Below are positions 22,845-36,200 of a stretch of 64,000 nucleotides of DNA, piece after piece. Origin of the DNA: Macrostomum lignano. Its lineage: Eukaryota. The stretch lies in the NCBI GenBank assembly GCA_002269645.1, contig NIVC01001300.1, forward strand, positions 186,001 to 250,000, read 5' to 3'. Position 1 is the first letter of the stretch, and the number at the start of each line of letters is the position of its first letter. Both the position numbers and the translations under genes were made by a program. The notes beneath the pieces were generated by a model. The model saw only the letters and a list, made by a program, of their open reading frames with translations, was not told the DNA's origin and did not search any database.

Positions 22845-24270
22845 ACGTCTGTGTTTTACTTGGGATTGTAGAGTCTGTATGAGCCAATTAGGATGGTGAA
22901 ATGGTTCAAATAACTGTGTCAAGTAACGTAGCCTTTTGTAAAATTTATCATCACAGGTTAAAATAAAAGTAACAAAAACCTTGTACGAGCGTACCTGCAC
23001 TATTTTTGTTCTATTTTAAAATCACCATGTACTGTGATGAGCATATTGTAGATTGTAGTTGTGGTGGTCGGTTCGATGATATCTGTGTTTATACTACAAT
23101 ACCCAAGTCGCTTTGGCCACATCTTGTTGGTAGTTCAATTTAATGATTTTATGAAGCATTATTTCGGTCCTCGTATCGAAGGACGGCAGTCATTTTAATA
23201 CTGCGTTCTCGTTCAAAGCAGATGCAGGAAAATTCATAACTGTACATATCGCAATAAACAATGCCATTTATTAAAAAATCATGTTGCCTTGTTATTTTTT
23301 TAGTTTTTGAAGTTTTTGAGTAAAGTATACCATCATTCTTTCTAGACAAGTAGCACTGCTGCTAATATCTTGACACACGTATTGCAGTTTCGATTAATAT
23401 TTCTAATACTGTAATCTTTTTTGATCGAACCGTTGTACCAGTATTCTCATCTGATAAACAAATCTCAATAACTTTTATCATCATGGCTGATTGTCCTTTA
23501 GAATAGTTCTATTTAAGATACTTTAAGTCTCGCTTTAAGTACTTTAAGAAGCCGAGGCCTTGAGAATATCATATCGAGAATATCATCCGAGAATATTTGG
23601 AAAAAGGAGGAGAAAATATTTAACCTACTGAAAGCAAAAGACGCATCAATATCCAGTACAGTTAGTCTGTGGCACAAGCTATGTGACTGACTGGCTAAAG
23701 TGCTGAGAACCCAACAGCAGTTCATCAAGCTTGTGTGCACGAATTGGAAACATGTTTTTCATATAATTTAAGTTTTTCTTCAGATTCTTTTGTATTTTTT
23801 CTTGTAGCCGTATAGATAATCAGTGATTGTTGTACTTTTGAGACATTGTGAGCTTCATTGTAAAAGGACATTTTACCCATTTAAAGAAACCTTGGATAAC
23901 AATGTTTAAAGCTTAAAATATTTAAACTCATAATTTGTTTGAGTTTATAGAATTTGAAACACCATAGGAACGTTTAGAAGCCGCTGTATTGACCATCATT
24001 TTTGGAGCATTTTTACAAAAAAGCCGGAAATCGTTGATTTGTTTAAAACGCAGTGAGCTCTGCTATCTGATCGTTAGCTAAGAGCATTTTGATTAGAAAA
24101 CCATACCTTCGTGTCTTCTTGCAGCATTTTTTGTTAGGAGAAGCTGTTGAGAAAAGTTTATATTTAGCCTCATAAAACCTTGCATGCTGCATATCAAACT
24201 GTTAAACTTCCAATCGAGCCTTGGCCCAGCTTTGCAATCAGTTGAAAACGGTTTATCATCGACTAAAATT

Positions 24271-27200
24271 ATGCTGTCGTGGTGTTCGCTGCAGCATCTG
24301 GTTTTGCTCATTTTTGTGCACCAAGCTGTGGCTGCTTCGGTTTCGCGTGGCAGACGACCAGATGGTGAGTCCGCTATGGCAGTTTTCTAGAAACATCCGA
24401 ACTCGAGAGAAGTGAAAGGCATGAGCTGTGCCAGATGTGGCGTTTTAGGCCATGGTCTCAATTGACTTAACTAATGCAAATATTAATTTTCATGAGCTCG
24501 TGTTTTTCAGTTTTGATTTTTAGCGCCTTTGGCGCCGAAATGAGTGCCCTTGTTGCTAAAATGAGTGCCCTTGTTGCTAAAATGAGTGCCCTTGTTGCTA
24601 AAATGAGTGCCCTTGTTGCTAAAATGAGTGCCCTTGTTGCTAAAATGAGTGCCCTTGTTGCTAAAATGAGTGCCCTTGTTGCTAAAATGAGTGCCCTTGT
24701 TGCTAAAATGAGTGCCCTTGTTCCTAAAATGAGTGCCCTTGTTGCTAAAATGAGTGCCCTTGTTGCTAAAATGAGTGCCCTTGTTGCTAAAATGAGTGCC
24801 CTTGTTGCTAAAATGAGTGCCCTTGTTGCTAAAATGAGTGCCCTTGTTGCTAAAATGAGTGCCCTTGTTGCTAAAATGAGTGCCCTTGTTGCTAAAATGA
24901 GTGCCCTTGTTGCTAAAATGAGTGCCCTTGTTGCTAAAATGAGTGCCCTTGTTGCTAAAATGAGTGCCCTTGTTGCTAAAATGAGTGCCCTTGTTGCTAA
25001 AATGAGTGCCCTTGTTGCTAAAATGAGTGCCCTTGTTGCTAAAATGAGTGCCCTTGTTGCTAAAATGAGTGCCCTTGTTGCTAAAATGAGTGCCCTTGTT
25101 GCTAAAATGAGTGCCCTTGTTGCTAAAATGAGTGCCCTTCTTGCTAAAATGAGTGCCCTTCTTGCTAAAATGAGTGCCCTTCTTGCTAAAATGAGTGCCC
25201 TTGTTGCTAAAATGAGTGCCCTTGTTGCTAAAATGAGTGCCCTTGTTGCTAAAATGAGTGCCCTTGTTGCTAAAATGAGTGCCCTTGTTGCTAAAATGAG
25301 TGCCCTTGTTGCTAAAATGAGTGCCCGCGTTGATAAAATGAGTGCCCTTGTTGCTAAAATGAGTGCCCTTGTTGCTAAAATGAGTGCCCTTGTTGCTAAA
25401 AATGAGTGCCTGCGGAGCTAAAATGAGTGCCCTTGTTGCTAAAAATGAGTGCCTGCGGAGCTAAAATGAGTGCCCGCGTTGATAAAATGAGTGCCCTTGT
25501 TGCTAAAATGAGTGCCCTTGTTGCTAAAAATGAGTGCCTGCGGAGCTAAAATGAGTGCCCTTGTTGCTAAAATGAGTGCCCGCGTTGCTAAAATGAGTGC
25601 CCGCGTTGATAAAATGAGTGCCCTTGTTGCTAAAAATGAGTGCCTGCGGAGCTAAAATGAGTGTCTACAGCGCCAAAATGTAACGCCTTTGGTGCCAAAA
25701 TGAGTGCTATTAACATCGATTCCCAGAAAATGTGATAGGGTTTTAGTGATGTACAACTCTTGGCTTTGTTCCCCTACGATGTCATCCGTTGCGATTCATT
25801 TCCCGTTAATCTTTTAAGCAAAACAAAACTAACTAAAACACTGAACACACGGAAGCTCAAGTGTTTGTATTGTAGCCAAGTTTGTTAAAATCAAATCTAC
25901 CGTATCCCATAGAGTCTTAGGCTAAGTTTTTAACTTTTGCGGCCTTGAACTGCACTGTGAAAAAAATGATTGCATACATCAGTGGATATGCTGTATTTTT
26001 ATTTATATAAAAACATTTTTTATTCTAAAACATATTGTAGCTTTAGTTGAAGTACAGCTCCAAGTCTATAAGGTAGGGTTAAGCAAACTGACGGTGACTT
26101 TACAGAGCTCTCTGAGCTTTGTCTATCATTAATTGTTTTGCTAAAGTAGTGAAAGAATTAGGACGAGCTCACAGATTATGTTTTAATACCCCAAAACTAT
26201 CCAAAAAATCTGATTTTAAACTCAAGAACGCTTTGTAGACACAGACGAGGATGCCAACGCGTTGGTTCGGACAAGGCGAGCCGCCTGCAGCGAGGGCGAC
26301 TGCAAGAATGGCGGCTTTTGCTGGCCGGGTGCTGTGACGTCAAGCACTCCTCCGTGTCTGTGCACTGAGGCGTACACTGGTACATATTGCACTGTTAGAA
26401 TAGACTTCTGTGCTTCAACTTCGGACGGTGGCGCTACACGAACCAATCCCTGCCAAAACGGAGGCACCTGCAGCAACACAAACGCGACCCCCTGGTATCA
26501 CTGCAGCTGCGTTCCCGGCTATACAGGTGGGTGACCAGGTGGGGCAATGCCAGTTGAAATTGAAGCGCCTTAGAATTGCTTGCAAGATTGAATTTATGAT
26601 AGAAATCTATTTGATTACTAACTTTTGCTTTTCTGCTTTTGTTTGTTTAAATTTTTGGCTAAATGCACAGCCAAAAAAGATGTAAGCCAAACTAATGAAT
26701 TACTACAAATACTCAGTGGCTGCAGAGAGAGGGCGGAGGGAGGCGGGAGACGGAAAAAATTGCGCCGTACCAAATTTTTTTTCCTTAAAAACTGAAGGAA
26801 AGATTTAACCAATCTCGTTAAATGACAAGGGCTCAACTTTTGCCACCTCTTAGAAATGGCAACACCGGCTTCGGAATTTCATGTAGCTAGGGCGCCCACC
26901 CCAGAGATAGGGGCACTCACCTCAGAGATAGGGGTACCTCAGAGATAGGGGTACCCACCTCAGAGACGAGGGCGCCTACCTCAGAAACAGGGGCGCCCAC
27001 CTCAGAGACGAGGGCGCCTACCTCAGAGACAGGGGCACCCACCTCAGAGACAGAGGCGCCCACCTCAGAGACAGAGGCGCCCACCTCAGAGACAGGGGCA
27101 CCCACCTCAGAGACAGAGGCGCCCACCTCAGAGACAGAGGCGCCCACCTCAGAGACAGGGACACCCATCTCGGAGACAGGGGCCCCCTCCTCAATTAAAG

Positions 27201-30200
27201 ACAGGGATAGACATGCTTTTAGCGTACAGTGCTTTAGTTGCCAGAAACATTCAATGCGAAGGCTGTTTCGAGTGACATTGCTCAGGTTTCGGTTTTATGT
27301 TCTGCACTGGCTGGAACACCAAAAGAAATTTTTGTGGTTTTGCGCATTTGATATTTCTCTGCGTGAAATTTGATGCTTGTGCTAAATAGCAGAGCGAACA
27401 AGCAAGATGATTTCTTTGCTATTTTTGAAATTCCCTTTAACTTCGCAGGCACCGACTGCGAGATCAACATTGATGACTGCGCCAGCAAGCCCTGCATCAA
27501 CGGCCTGTGCTCAGACTTGGTGAATGACTACAGCTGCAGCTGCTTCACAGGCTGGGAGGGCAGGAGCTGCAGCTTCAACCACAACGACTGTCCAACGAGC
27601 GCCTGCCTCAATGGCGGCAGGTGCATTGATGGCAACGGCACGTGAGTTCTCCTTGTTGACTTGACTCAGCTGCAGGGGGGCTTCGGGCATTCGGATGCAG
27701 CGGGGAGGCATGTAGTGCCGGTGTCCGCAGCGCGGTCCTCCTCCGGGGAGTCCTGGAGCCCGGTAGCCCTCAGGTAGCGGGCGATATGGCAGGAATTTTC
27801 GGGCCTGAAAACAGCGAAAATAACCGAGTAGGTGAGCCTGTCCTGAGTAGAGGCGGGCACGCACAGATGAAGTGCTCCGCATTCTCAACACCGGAGAGGC
27901 AGAATGAGATTTGTTCATGACGGTAGTAAAGTCTGACAACACAGCCATGGCCTGACACGCCAACCCTCCACTTTCGTTAGTACGAGCTAAAGTGAAGAGC
28001 TGGTGGCTGTCCAGTTTCTATTTTAAATTTTGTTTCTGTAGTGGCTACTTCAACTAATATTCTTGTTGACTTGCATTCAAGCGAGAGTCTCGGTTAAGTT
28101 GCGGTTTAAGTAGGATTTTGAAACTGTAAAACCTTACTCCGAGTTTTACAATCGTCGTTTGTAACAGTTCTTAAAAATACCGAAACCGCCGATAGATAAA
28201 CTTTGAGTATTTCTGTTACAATAGAGCTCAATTTTATTCTCTCTTCAGATTCACCTGCGACTGCACAGACACGGGATTCGCAGGTGACAGGTGCCAAATC
28301 AACATTGATGACTGCGCCAGCAAGCCCTGCGCCAACGGCCTGTGCACGGACCTGCTGAAAAACTACAGCTGCAGCTGCTTCACAGGCTGGGAGGGCAGGA
28401 GCTGCTCAGTGGACACTGACTACTGCCTGTCAGGGCCCTGTCAGAACGGCGGTGTCTGCAGTGACGGAAACTCCACGTGAGTTTTCTGCGCCATTGGGAA
28501 CCTGCAGATGTGTTTCGGCATGTGCAAAGTCTCAGATTGGAATGTTTTATCATTGATTTTACTGCATTGCGTAAGATTCCAGAGTCCCTGATTTAGATAT
28601 TGAAGGCAGTGGAATAATCTTGATTTAAAGCTTTTTGACATGATCAGTTAGCCTTCTTGCCAGTCAGCAACTTATTAAGGCAGGCAAAGAAGGAACGTAG
28701 GTGACAACTGCATACACTGCTAACTGTGAACTGCTCAGTGGACACTGACTACTGCCTGTCAGGGCCCTGTCAGAACGGCGGCGTCTGCAGTGACGGAAAC
28801 TCCACGTACGTTCTTTGAGCCATTCGGAAGCCAATACGAGTATACGAGCCAATACGAGTATTAGCCCATGCTGGATAATCGATATTTTTATGCGCAAAGT
28901 AATTTTAAGAACACGAGAAGCATTATGACCGTCCTTAGTCGCCTGGTGTCAGCTGTTCAATGTCCAAAAGCTCCGCATGGGCAAAGGCAAGTAACCAAGA
29001 AGTCAGAGCTGATGCAGGCACGTGTAACCGACATGTTGATGAAATTTGAGGTCTTGTCAAAGCCGCACTGAGGCGCAGTGCTGAATTTCTGCACAGAGGT
29101 GCATTGAATACACTAGTGCTTAGTGCCAAGAGACATTGTGCCACAAAATGGGTATATATCATTTTTAGCACGAGTTTATGGATCTTCTAACCTGATTTAG
29201 GAATGCAAGCCAAATATAGCCCATGTTCTTTAAGTTTTTTTTTCTGTGTTTCTCTATTTCGGCGCAAAAATTGTCGTGTAAGATTTCCCTCTAGAAGTTC
29301 GCCGGTAATAAAAGTGATTTGGTATTCCAACTGTTTGTGTGACTTTTGAAGGTCATACTCTCGTTAGCACCAAGATACGCTTACGAGCACCCGGGTTAAT
29401 AAGTTAATAACGTAAAGTAAAATCGAGCAAAATAACACCCGATGTTCTTTTTGGGATATTTCTGGCCAAAAAGAGCTCAACACATTGCTATCATGCAGCA
29501 GTGTGTCATTCTTTCTAAGTTTCTATCAGCCATCTTGTTCACAAAGGCAGCTTTGATCGTAAAGAAGTGAAGTTTGAGTGCATTGTAATCTTTTATTTTA
29601 GAAAAAAGGAGTCTAGAGTCATTTGCAATGGTGTGTGTGAGACATTAATGATTAATCAATTCCGCAAGCATTTAAAAAAAACATTTAAGAAGGCTGGAAA
29701 TCCAGGAACAATGATCTTCCCTCGAGGCTACTAGGGTGTTTATAAAACAATAAGGCAGACTGCCACTTTTCTGATTCTTAATTTATCGTCCAATGCATTA
29801 GGGTTTCAAAGTGCCTGTTTTGATTTCTAAATCAGGTTCACCTGCGACTGCTCTCGCATAGACTTCCAAGGCGCCACCTGCAGCTCCAAGATCGATGACT
29901 GCGCGTCAAGCCCGTGCCAGCACGGCGGCAGGTGCATCGACGGTGTCAGGAGCTTCACCTGCGACTGCACAGACACGGGATTCACAGGTGACAGGTGCCA
30001 AATCAACATTGATGACTGCGCCAGCGGGCCCTGCGCCAACGGCCTGTGCACAGACCTGGTGAAAAACTACAGCTGCAGCTGCTTCACAGGCTGGGAGGGC
30101 AGGAGCTGCTCAGTGGACACTGACTACTGCCTGTCAGGGCCCTGTCAGAACGGCGGCGTCTGCAGTGACGGAAACTCCACGTGAGTGGCTCAGAGCTATT

Positions 30201-33200
30201 GGGAAGCTGCAATTGGCATGTGCAAAGCCTCAGATACCATTGATTTCACTGCATTGCAAAGATTGTGCAGTCTATCATTTAGGTAATGTAGACAATCTAA
30301 TAAATTTTAGCTCGTAGTTAAATAGAGCTTTCTTATCATCCAGCAAGTTATTGTTGCAAGAAAACAAACAAGATGTAGAGAAATACTTGTAATTCAGTTT
30401 TAAACTTAGCAGCTCGCCATCCGTTTTTTAGCATCAGTGTCAACCAGCTCTTCCAACTGATCGACAACTCTTTTGAGTGCGGGTCATTTGGGGGCAGCTC
30501 CCCTGTGGGACAGAGGAAGCTGAAGGTGACCTGATGGCAATCTTTGATTACTGTGCCAAATATCAAAACTTTGACCCTTTCGGCCTGGGCTCGGGCTCCA
30601 GAGTGCGGATATAAGCAGCTGTAAAGAACATTGGATTCGAAACAGGGCTTTGGCTGTGGTTTCCTTTTTCGAAGCCGTCGCATTTATCATTTTAGTTGAT
30701 GCTTTCGAGCGTGCTGCCACCAGAGCCAGGTCTGCGCTAACAGCACTCCATCACGCCTCGTCATGCTGGAGCAGCCGTCATTACTCATCATGTCGCATGA
30801 ACTGTGAGCGATCGAAGCCTAGATCTAGTGTTGTGACACGGCCGTTCAATCGATCGTATGCTTCCCAGTTCTTTGCAAGACCTTTAGAGCAACGAGCAAT
30901 TGATGGCGTCAGTCAGCCTAGTCCAGGGGTCGGCAACCTCCGGCCTGCAAAGACTTTCTATGCGGCCCGCGAACTTCCTTAATTTTAAATATTATAATCC
31001 AGCCCGCACCTTTATTGTAACTTCATTGTTTCTCCCACAAAAGTTTTTTGTACTAAAAATGGGGGAATTCCTTTCTTCAATTGCCAACTTTAATGACAAA
31101 TTAGTAATGAGACACGAACTGATCGTGTAAGTGGCTGTTTACAAACTCTAGATAGTCAGCACATTAGTTTAAACTTTCGAATAGAATAGATATAGGGAAA
31201 CTGGCAGCGAAGGAAAGTAAGGTGGTGGTGGGCCAACAACGGGAGTACAAATTTTGTAATGTAGTTAAGACCCAGGGGCGGATTCTAGAGGGTAAAGACC
31301 CATGGGGCGGATTCTAGAGGGTAAAGACCCAGGGGCGGATTCTAGAGGGTAAAGATGGAGTCACCCTAGTCAGACTGATTTCGAATTCTGAACGTGGGAT
31401 CGCTTGAAGAGACGTGATCAGTCCGTCTTTACGATTATCCCGTACAGTATGTAGGTTCACCCACCAAATAAAAAAAGGCGGACACACGGGCAAATTGAGA
31501 GCTAATTTTCAGGTTAGAAGCGAAAGCCAATGCCCGCTGCCCACACACACATCTCCTTATATTTGGGTCCACTGAATTTAAGCCCTAGGGAATCAAGACC
31601 AACGAGCTCAAGCCAAATTTAAACTTACGCGAAAAAAACAATAGCCAATCGGAGGTCAAAGGAGGTTACAGGCAGCTGGTTGCAGACAGCTTGGGGCTGG
31701 CCAGCCAATCACAGCGGTATGATGGGGGGTGTGGGGCAGTTGCAGGGCTTTAGCGTACAGTCGTACCGAAGATAAAGTCACCAAACGTCAGCGACTTAGC
31801 ACTTAACTTCCCAGGCTTTGCCCCCATCAACAGACTGGCTTAATTTTATACTCTTACGTCACTAATGGAAAATCTATTTCTAAGTACATCCCAGTGCCTG
31901 ATCTTTACCTATCGTTACCCAAAAATGCGTTTGACAAACGAATCCTGTCACTCACCGGGAGTCTGATCCCTTCGTTGTCTTGCGGACGTCGCTTTGCAGC
32001 ACAGATATCTGATACTAGAATAACTAGATTAGCCACTCTGCACATTTGCGTGTAAGCTACTTTCTGTTCAGTAGAAAGTTAAACAAGCATTGCAATGTAT
32101 TTTTAAAGCCAAGGCTTATTTATTGGCTCTTACCCACCAGCTTTAACCCCCTGCCCCGCCCCAATTTTAATTGCCTTTCTCAGAATTCCAGCCTATAGCT
32201 GCCATGTAAATTACAGTGGAACGGCTAATGTACATTATTGCTGAACCAATTAGCAAGTTGTTTACGCCTGCAAGCTTGGGTTTCTAAACTTATCGAAGTC
32301 ATTTCAGCTATCTTTATTATTTTTTCAATTGCTTATGCACTCTTGCATTCTTCTTTGCTACTGAACTGAAAGTAGAAGGCTGTTTTACTAAGTATATATG
32401 CCTGAGTGGCCCATCTAGTTATTTTAGTATCTGGGCTTTGCAGTGAAAATTCTGCTTTGAGCTCAGCTTCTCTTTCCTTCAGGCCCTTGATCAGAAAAAG
32501 AGCTTTCTTTTTGTTTATTTATCGCTGGAAGCAAAATGTTTCCAAGATTAAAAAGTTAAAATTAAAGAGGGTACTTAAAATCATGTGTAAAAGTAATGAC
32601 AAATTAGTAATGAGACACGAACTGATCGTGTAAGTGGCTGTTTACAAACTCTAGATAGTCAGCACATTAGTTTAAACTTAAAAATACTTATATAACCCTG
32701 TCCCTGAGGTACACAATATCTGCTACCCTCCCGAAAATGCATGCTACTAAAGTAAAAAAATTCCTGCACTTCTACTGAAAACTGAAAGATTTAATGGTCA
32801 GATAAAAAATAATCCAACCATCAGATATTCTGACAGCGTTATTTTCTTCTGATTAGCAATCATACTTGCTAATTCTCTTCTAGTAGAGGAAGAAATGTGT
32901 CAAAATGCGAAAAAATTAATACTTATTATCTTCCCCCATTGATGATTCATCCCGAACCAAGCAGTCTTTTAAGTTCAAAATTTTGTTTTATTTTCCTGTG
33001 TACGTTTTGTATTCCCTCACATTAAAATTCTGAAATAAATGCAGTTTTACCTGCGACTGCTCTCGCATCGACTTCCGAGGCGCCACCTGCAGCTCCAAGA
33101 TGGATGACTGCGCATCAAGTCCGTGCCAGCACGGCGGCAGGTGCATCGACGGTGTCAGGGACTTCACCTGCGACTGCTCTGCCACCGACTTCTACGGACC

Positions 33201-36200
33201 GAAATGCCAGAGCCGCATTGACGACTGCGCCAGCAACCCATGCAGCCACAACGCCACCTGCACTGACAGGCACAGAGACTTCAGCTGCAGCTGCTTCAGC
33301 GGCTACTCGGGAAAGACCTGCTCCGATGACGAGCCGGACTGCTCGCCGAATCCGTGCAAGTTCGGTGCCGCCTGTGTGGAGCGCAGCAACCAGGATTTGT
33401 ATGGAAACTCATCGCTGCCTTCGCCATTCAATGAGAGCTTCAGCTATGCACTGGCTGCCGGGTTCGTCTGCTTCTGCCCGCATGGTGAGGAGATCTTGTG
33501 CATCATATTGACTGCATAGATTCTAATCAACAGCAATAATTTATTTTATTTACCTGCAACAGGTACCTACGGAGACGCATGCGAGATCAACCCGAACGAC
33601 TGTCTGGATCGGGACACCAACCGCAGCGTGTGCGCTCACGCGTCAAACTGCACGGACGGCCTGGCCTCATTCACCTGCCACTGTCTGCCTGGCTACGAGG
33701 GCCCGACCTGCTCAGTCGACATCAACGAGTGCGAGCGGTTCGGACAGCCGTGTCAGAACGGAGCCGTCTGCAAGGACCTGGTAGCGGATTATGCCTGCAC
33801 CGGCTGCCCCGCTGAGTTCGGAGGCAAAAACTGCAGCGTCAGACTGACTGGCTGCGACTCCAGCCCGTGCCAAATGAACGAGAAGTGCAAACCTCTGCTT
33901 CTTCGCGAGCTGCCGTCACCTGCTCACGGCTACCGCTGCATCTGCAAGCCTGGCTGGTCTGGACCGCAGTGCAACGAGACCACTCTGGCGTCATTCAGCG
34001 GAAGCACGGCCTTCAGCGTCTTGCTGGACAACACCAATTCCAGCAAAACAGCTGACTGCACTTTCGAGCTGTCGTTCCGCACGAGTCTCGCCCACTTCGA
34101 TCTGGTCCGGCTCTCGTCTCACTGGGGAGACATCCGAGTCGGCGCTCACGACTCCAGTCTCGTGCTGTTGTTCTTCAATGCCTCATCGTCTGTGATTGGT
34201 CGAGCCGCTTGGCCAATCAGTGACAGCTTGGCCTCTACTGATTGGCTGACGCTGTCGGTCTCGCTGACCAATGGCAGTGCGACATTGAGTCGCAGTGAGT
34301 CAGGAGTGAGCCAGCTGCCTGGAGCACAGCTGGTCGACGGACTGTCGGACTCATTCAAGCCGAACAGTCGAATGTCGGTTCGTGTCGGCGGCGAGAGCGG
34401 ATCCGGCATCGACGGCGGCGGCTTCCGCGGCTGCGTGAGAGACCTGCGGCTCGTGACGAACGACTCGACATTGGTCGCTACGGAGACCACGGCGGAGTCG
34501 AGCAACGCGACCTGGGGAGTCTGCAGTCGGTCGGTACAGTGCGGCAGCCCGTCGCCTTGTGAAGCAAAGACGAGCTCGATGTGCTCAGATGTGTGGAACG
34601 ACTTTGTGTGCCACTGCACTGAGGACTTTGGAGGCCGGCGCTGCTCCGTTGAGCTTCCATCGTTCTCACTGGGTGTGGGCGGCAGCGTGTCATCAGCGAT
34701 CTTCGCGTCTGCACCAGGTGTGTCAAGTGTGTATGGCGGAGACTCCTGGATGATTGAGCTGAGGCTGGTGACTTTGTCTCGAGGAGCGTTTCTGCTGCTG
34801 CTGGGCGACCCGAGCGACTCGGCGACCACTCCGAGACTGCTCGCTACGGTCAGTGTCCTCAGTGTTTTGTTCTAGATTGAGTGAAATCTGGTAAAGTTGT
34901 AGACTAAGGCAGAGAGATACAACTGAGAGTTGACGAAGCCTCTTGGCGTTTATTAGATCGATACGCAGGTTAAATACGATACAACGATTGTTACATAACT
35001 GGGTATAAAAGATAGAGACAGGGGTGGGTGAAAAGCACGTACATGCTGTACAATAGCAACCCCCACCCCGCTCTAGCGACTGGCGCATACAAGTACACTT
35101 GCAGCTCACTACAATCCTCCCCGGCGAAAAAGATCAATAACATTCGAACGAATAATTCGAAGGAAACATAAGAAAACATTCGAAACAATATTGGTATAAA
35201 GAATTTCTCGCTTTCAAATAATTCGCAACAGTCAGTAGAACAGTCACTGAGTCAATCAAAAATTCAACCGGCCACATAGCGATCCACCGGCATCCGCCTA
35301 CGCTTCGGGTAGCGTCTCGGGGGCGGCTCCTCGTCCGCCTCATCGCCGCCGTGTGCCGCGTGCGCAAAGGGCGGCTGCAGGAAGCGCTCTCCGTCAGGGA
35401 CTGGCAGGATCCGCGGCCGCAGACGATTCACATTCACCCTGCGGGTCCGGCCGTTCTCGATCTTTCGAATTTCGACTACCAGATCCCGCTGCGAAAGCAC
35501 CTGCCAGCCCGGCTCCCAGTACGGCGCCAGCTTGGAGCCCCTCAGCTCGATGCGCAGCAGAACCTCGTCTCCAGGACTGAACGTGCGCAGCTGCCCGGTC
35601 GACCTGTCGTAGCCGCTCGTTTGCTCGCCAGCCGCCTGCACCAGATGCTCCTCGACAAACTCTCGAATTCGCAGCAGGTCGCCCTCGAGCTTGTCGGCGT
35701 AGGTGCGCACGTCATAGAATCGCCTGGACTGCTGGCTGATGACCGGCAGGCTCGGATCGCGCCCGGTGAACACCTTCAGTGGCGGCAGCTGTGTTGAGCA
35801 GTGCACCCGGGAATTGTAGGACAGCAGGATCAGTGGCAGCTTGTCCTCCCACTCGCTCTCTCGCTCGGTGAAACACCTGAGTAACTGCAGCACTGACTTG
35901 TTGCCCGACTCTGCTAATCCGTTGCCTTTGGGATTGTAAGCCGTTGTTCCTGTCTTCGTGACTCCCAGGCCTCGCAGAGTGTCTTGAAAAAGCTGAGACT
36001 CGAAATTCGGTCCTTTATCGGAGTGGATGACTCGGGGAAGTCCAGTTTGGGAGCAGATGGAGAGGAAGGCGCGAGCAGTAGTCTCAGCAGTCTGGTCAGG
36101 AATCGCCACGGCCGTCAGGTACTTGGAAAACTGATCCTGAGCCACCAGCAGGTACTTGTTGCCGCGCGATGATGGCGCCACCTTGACGATGTCGATAGCC

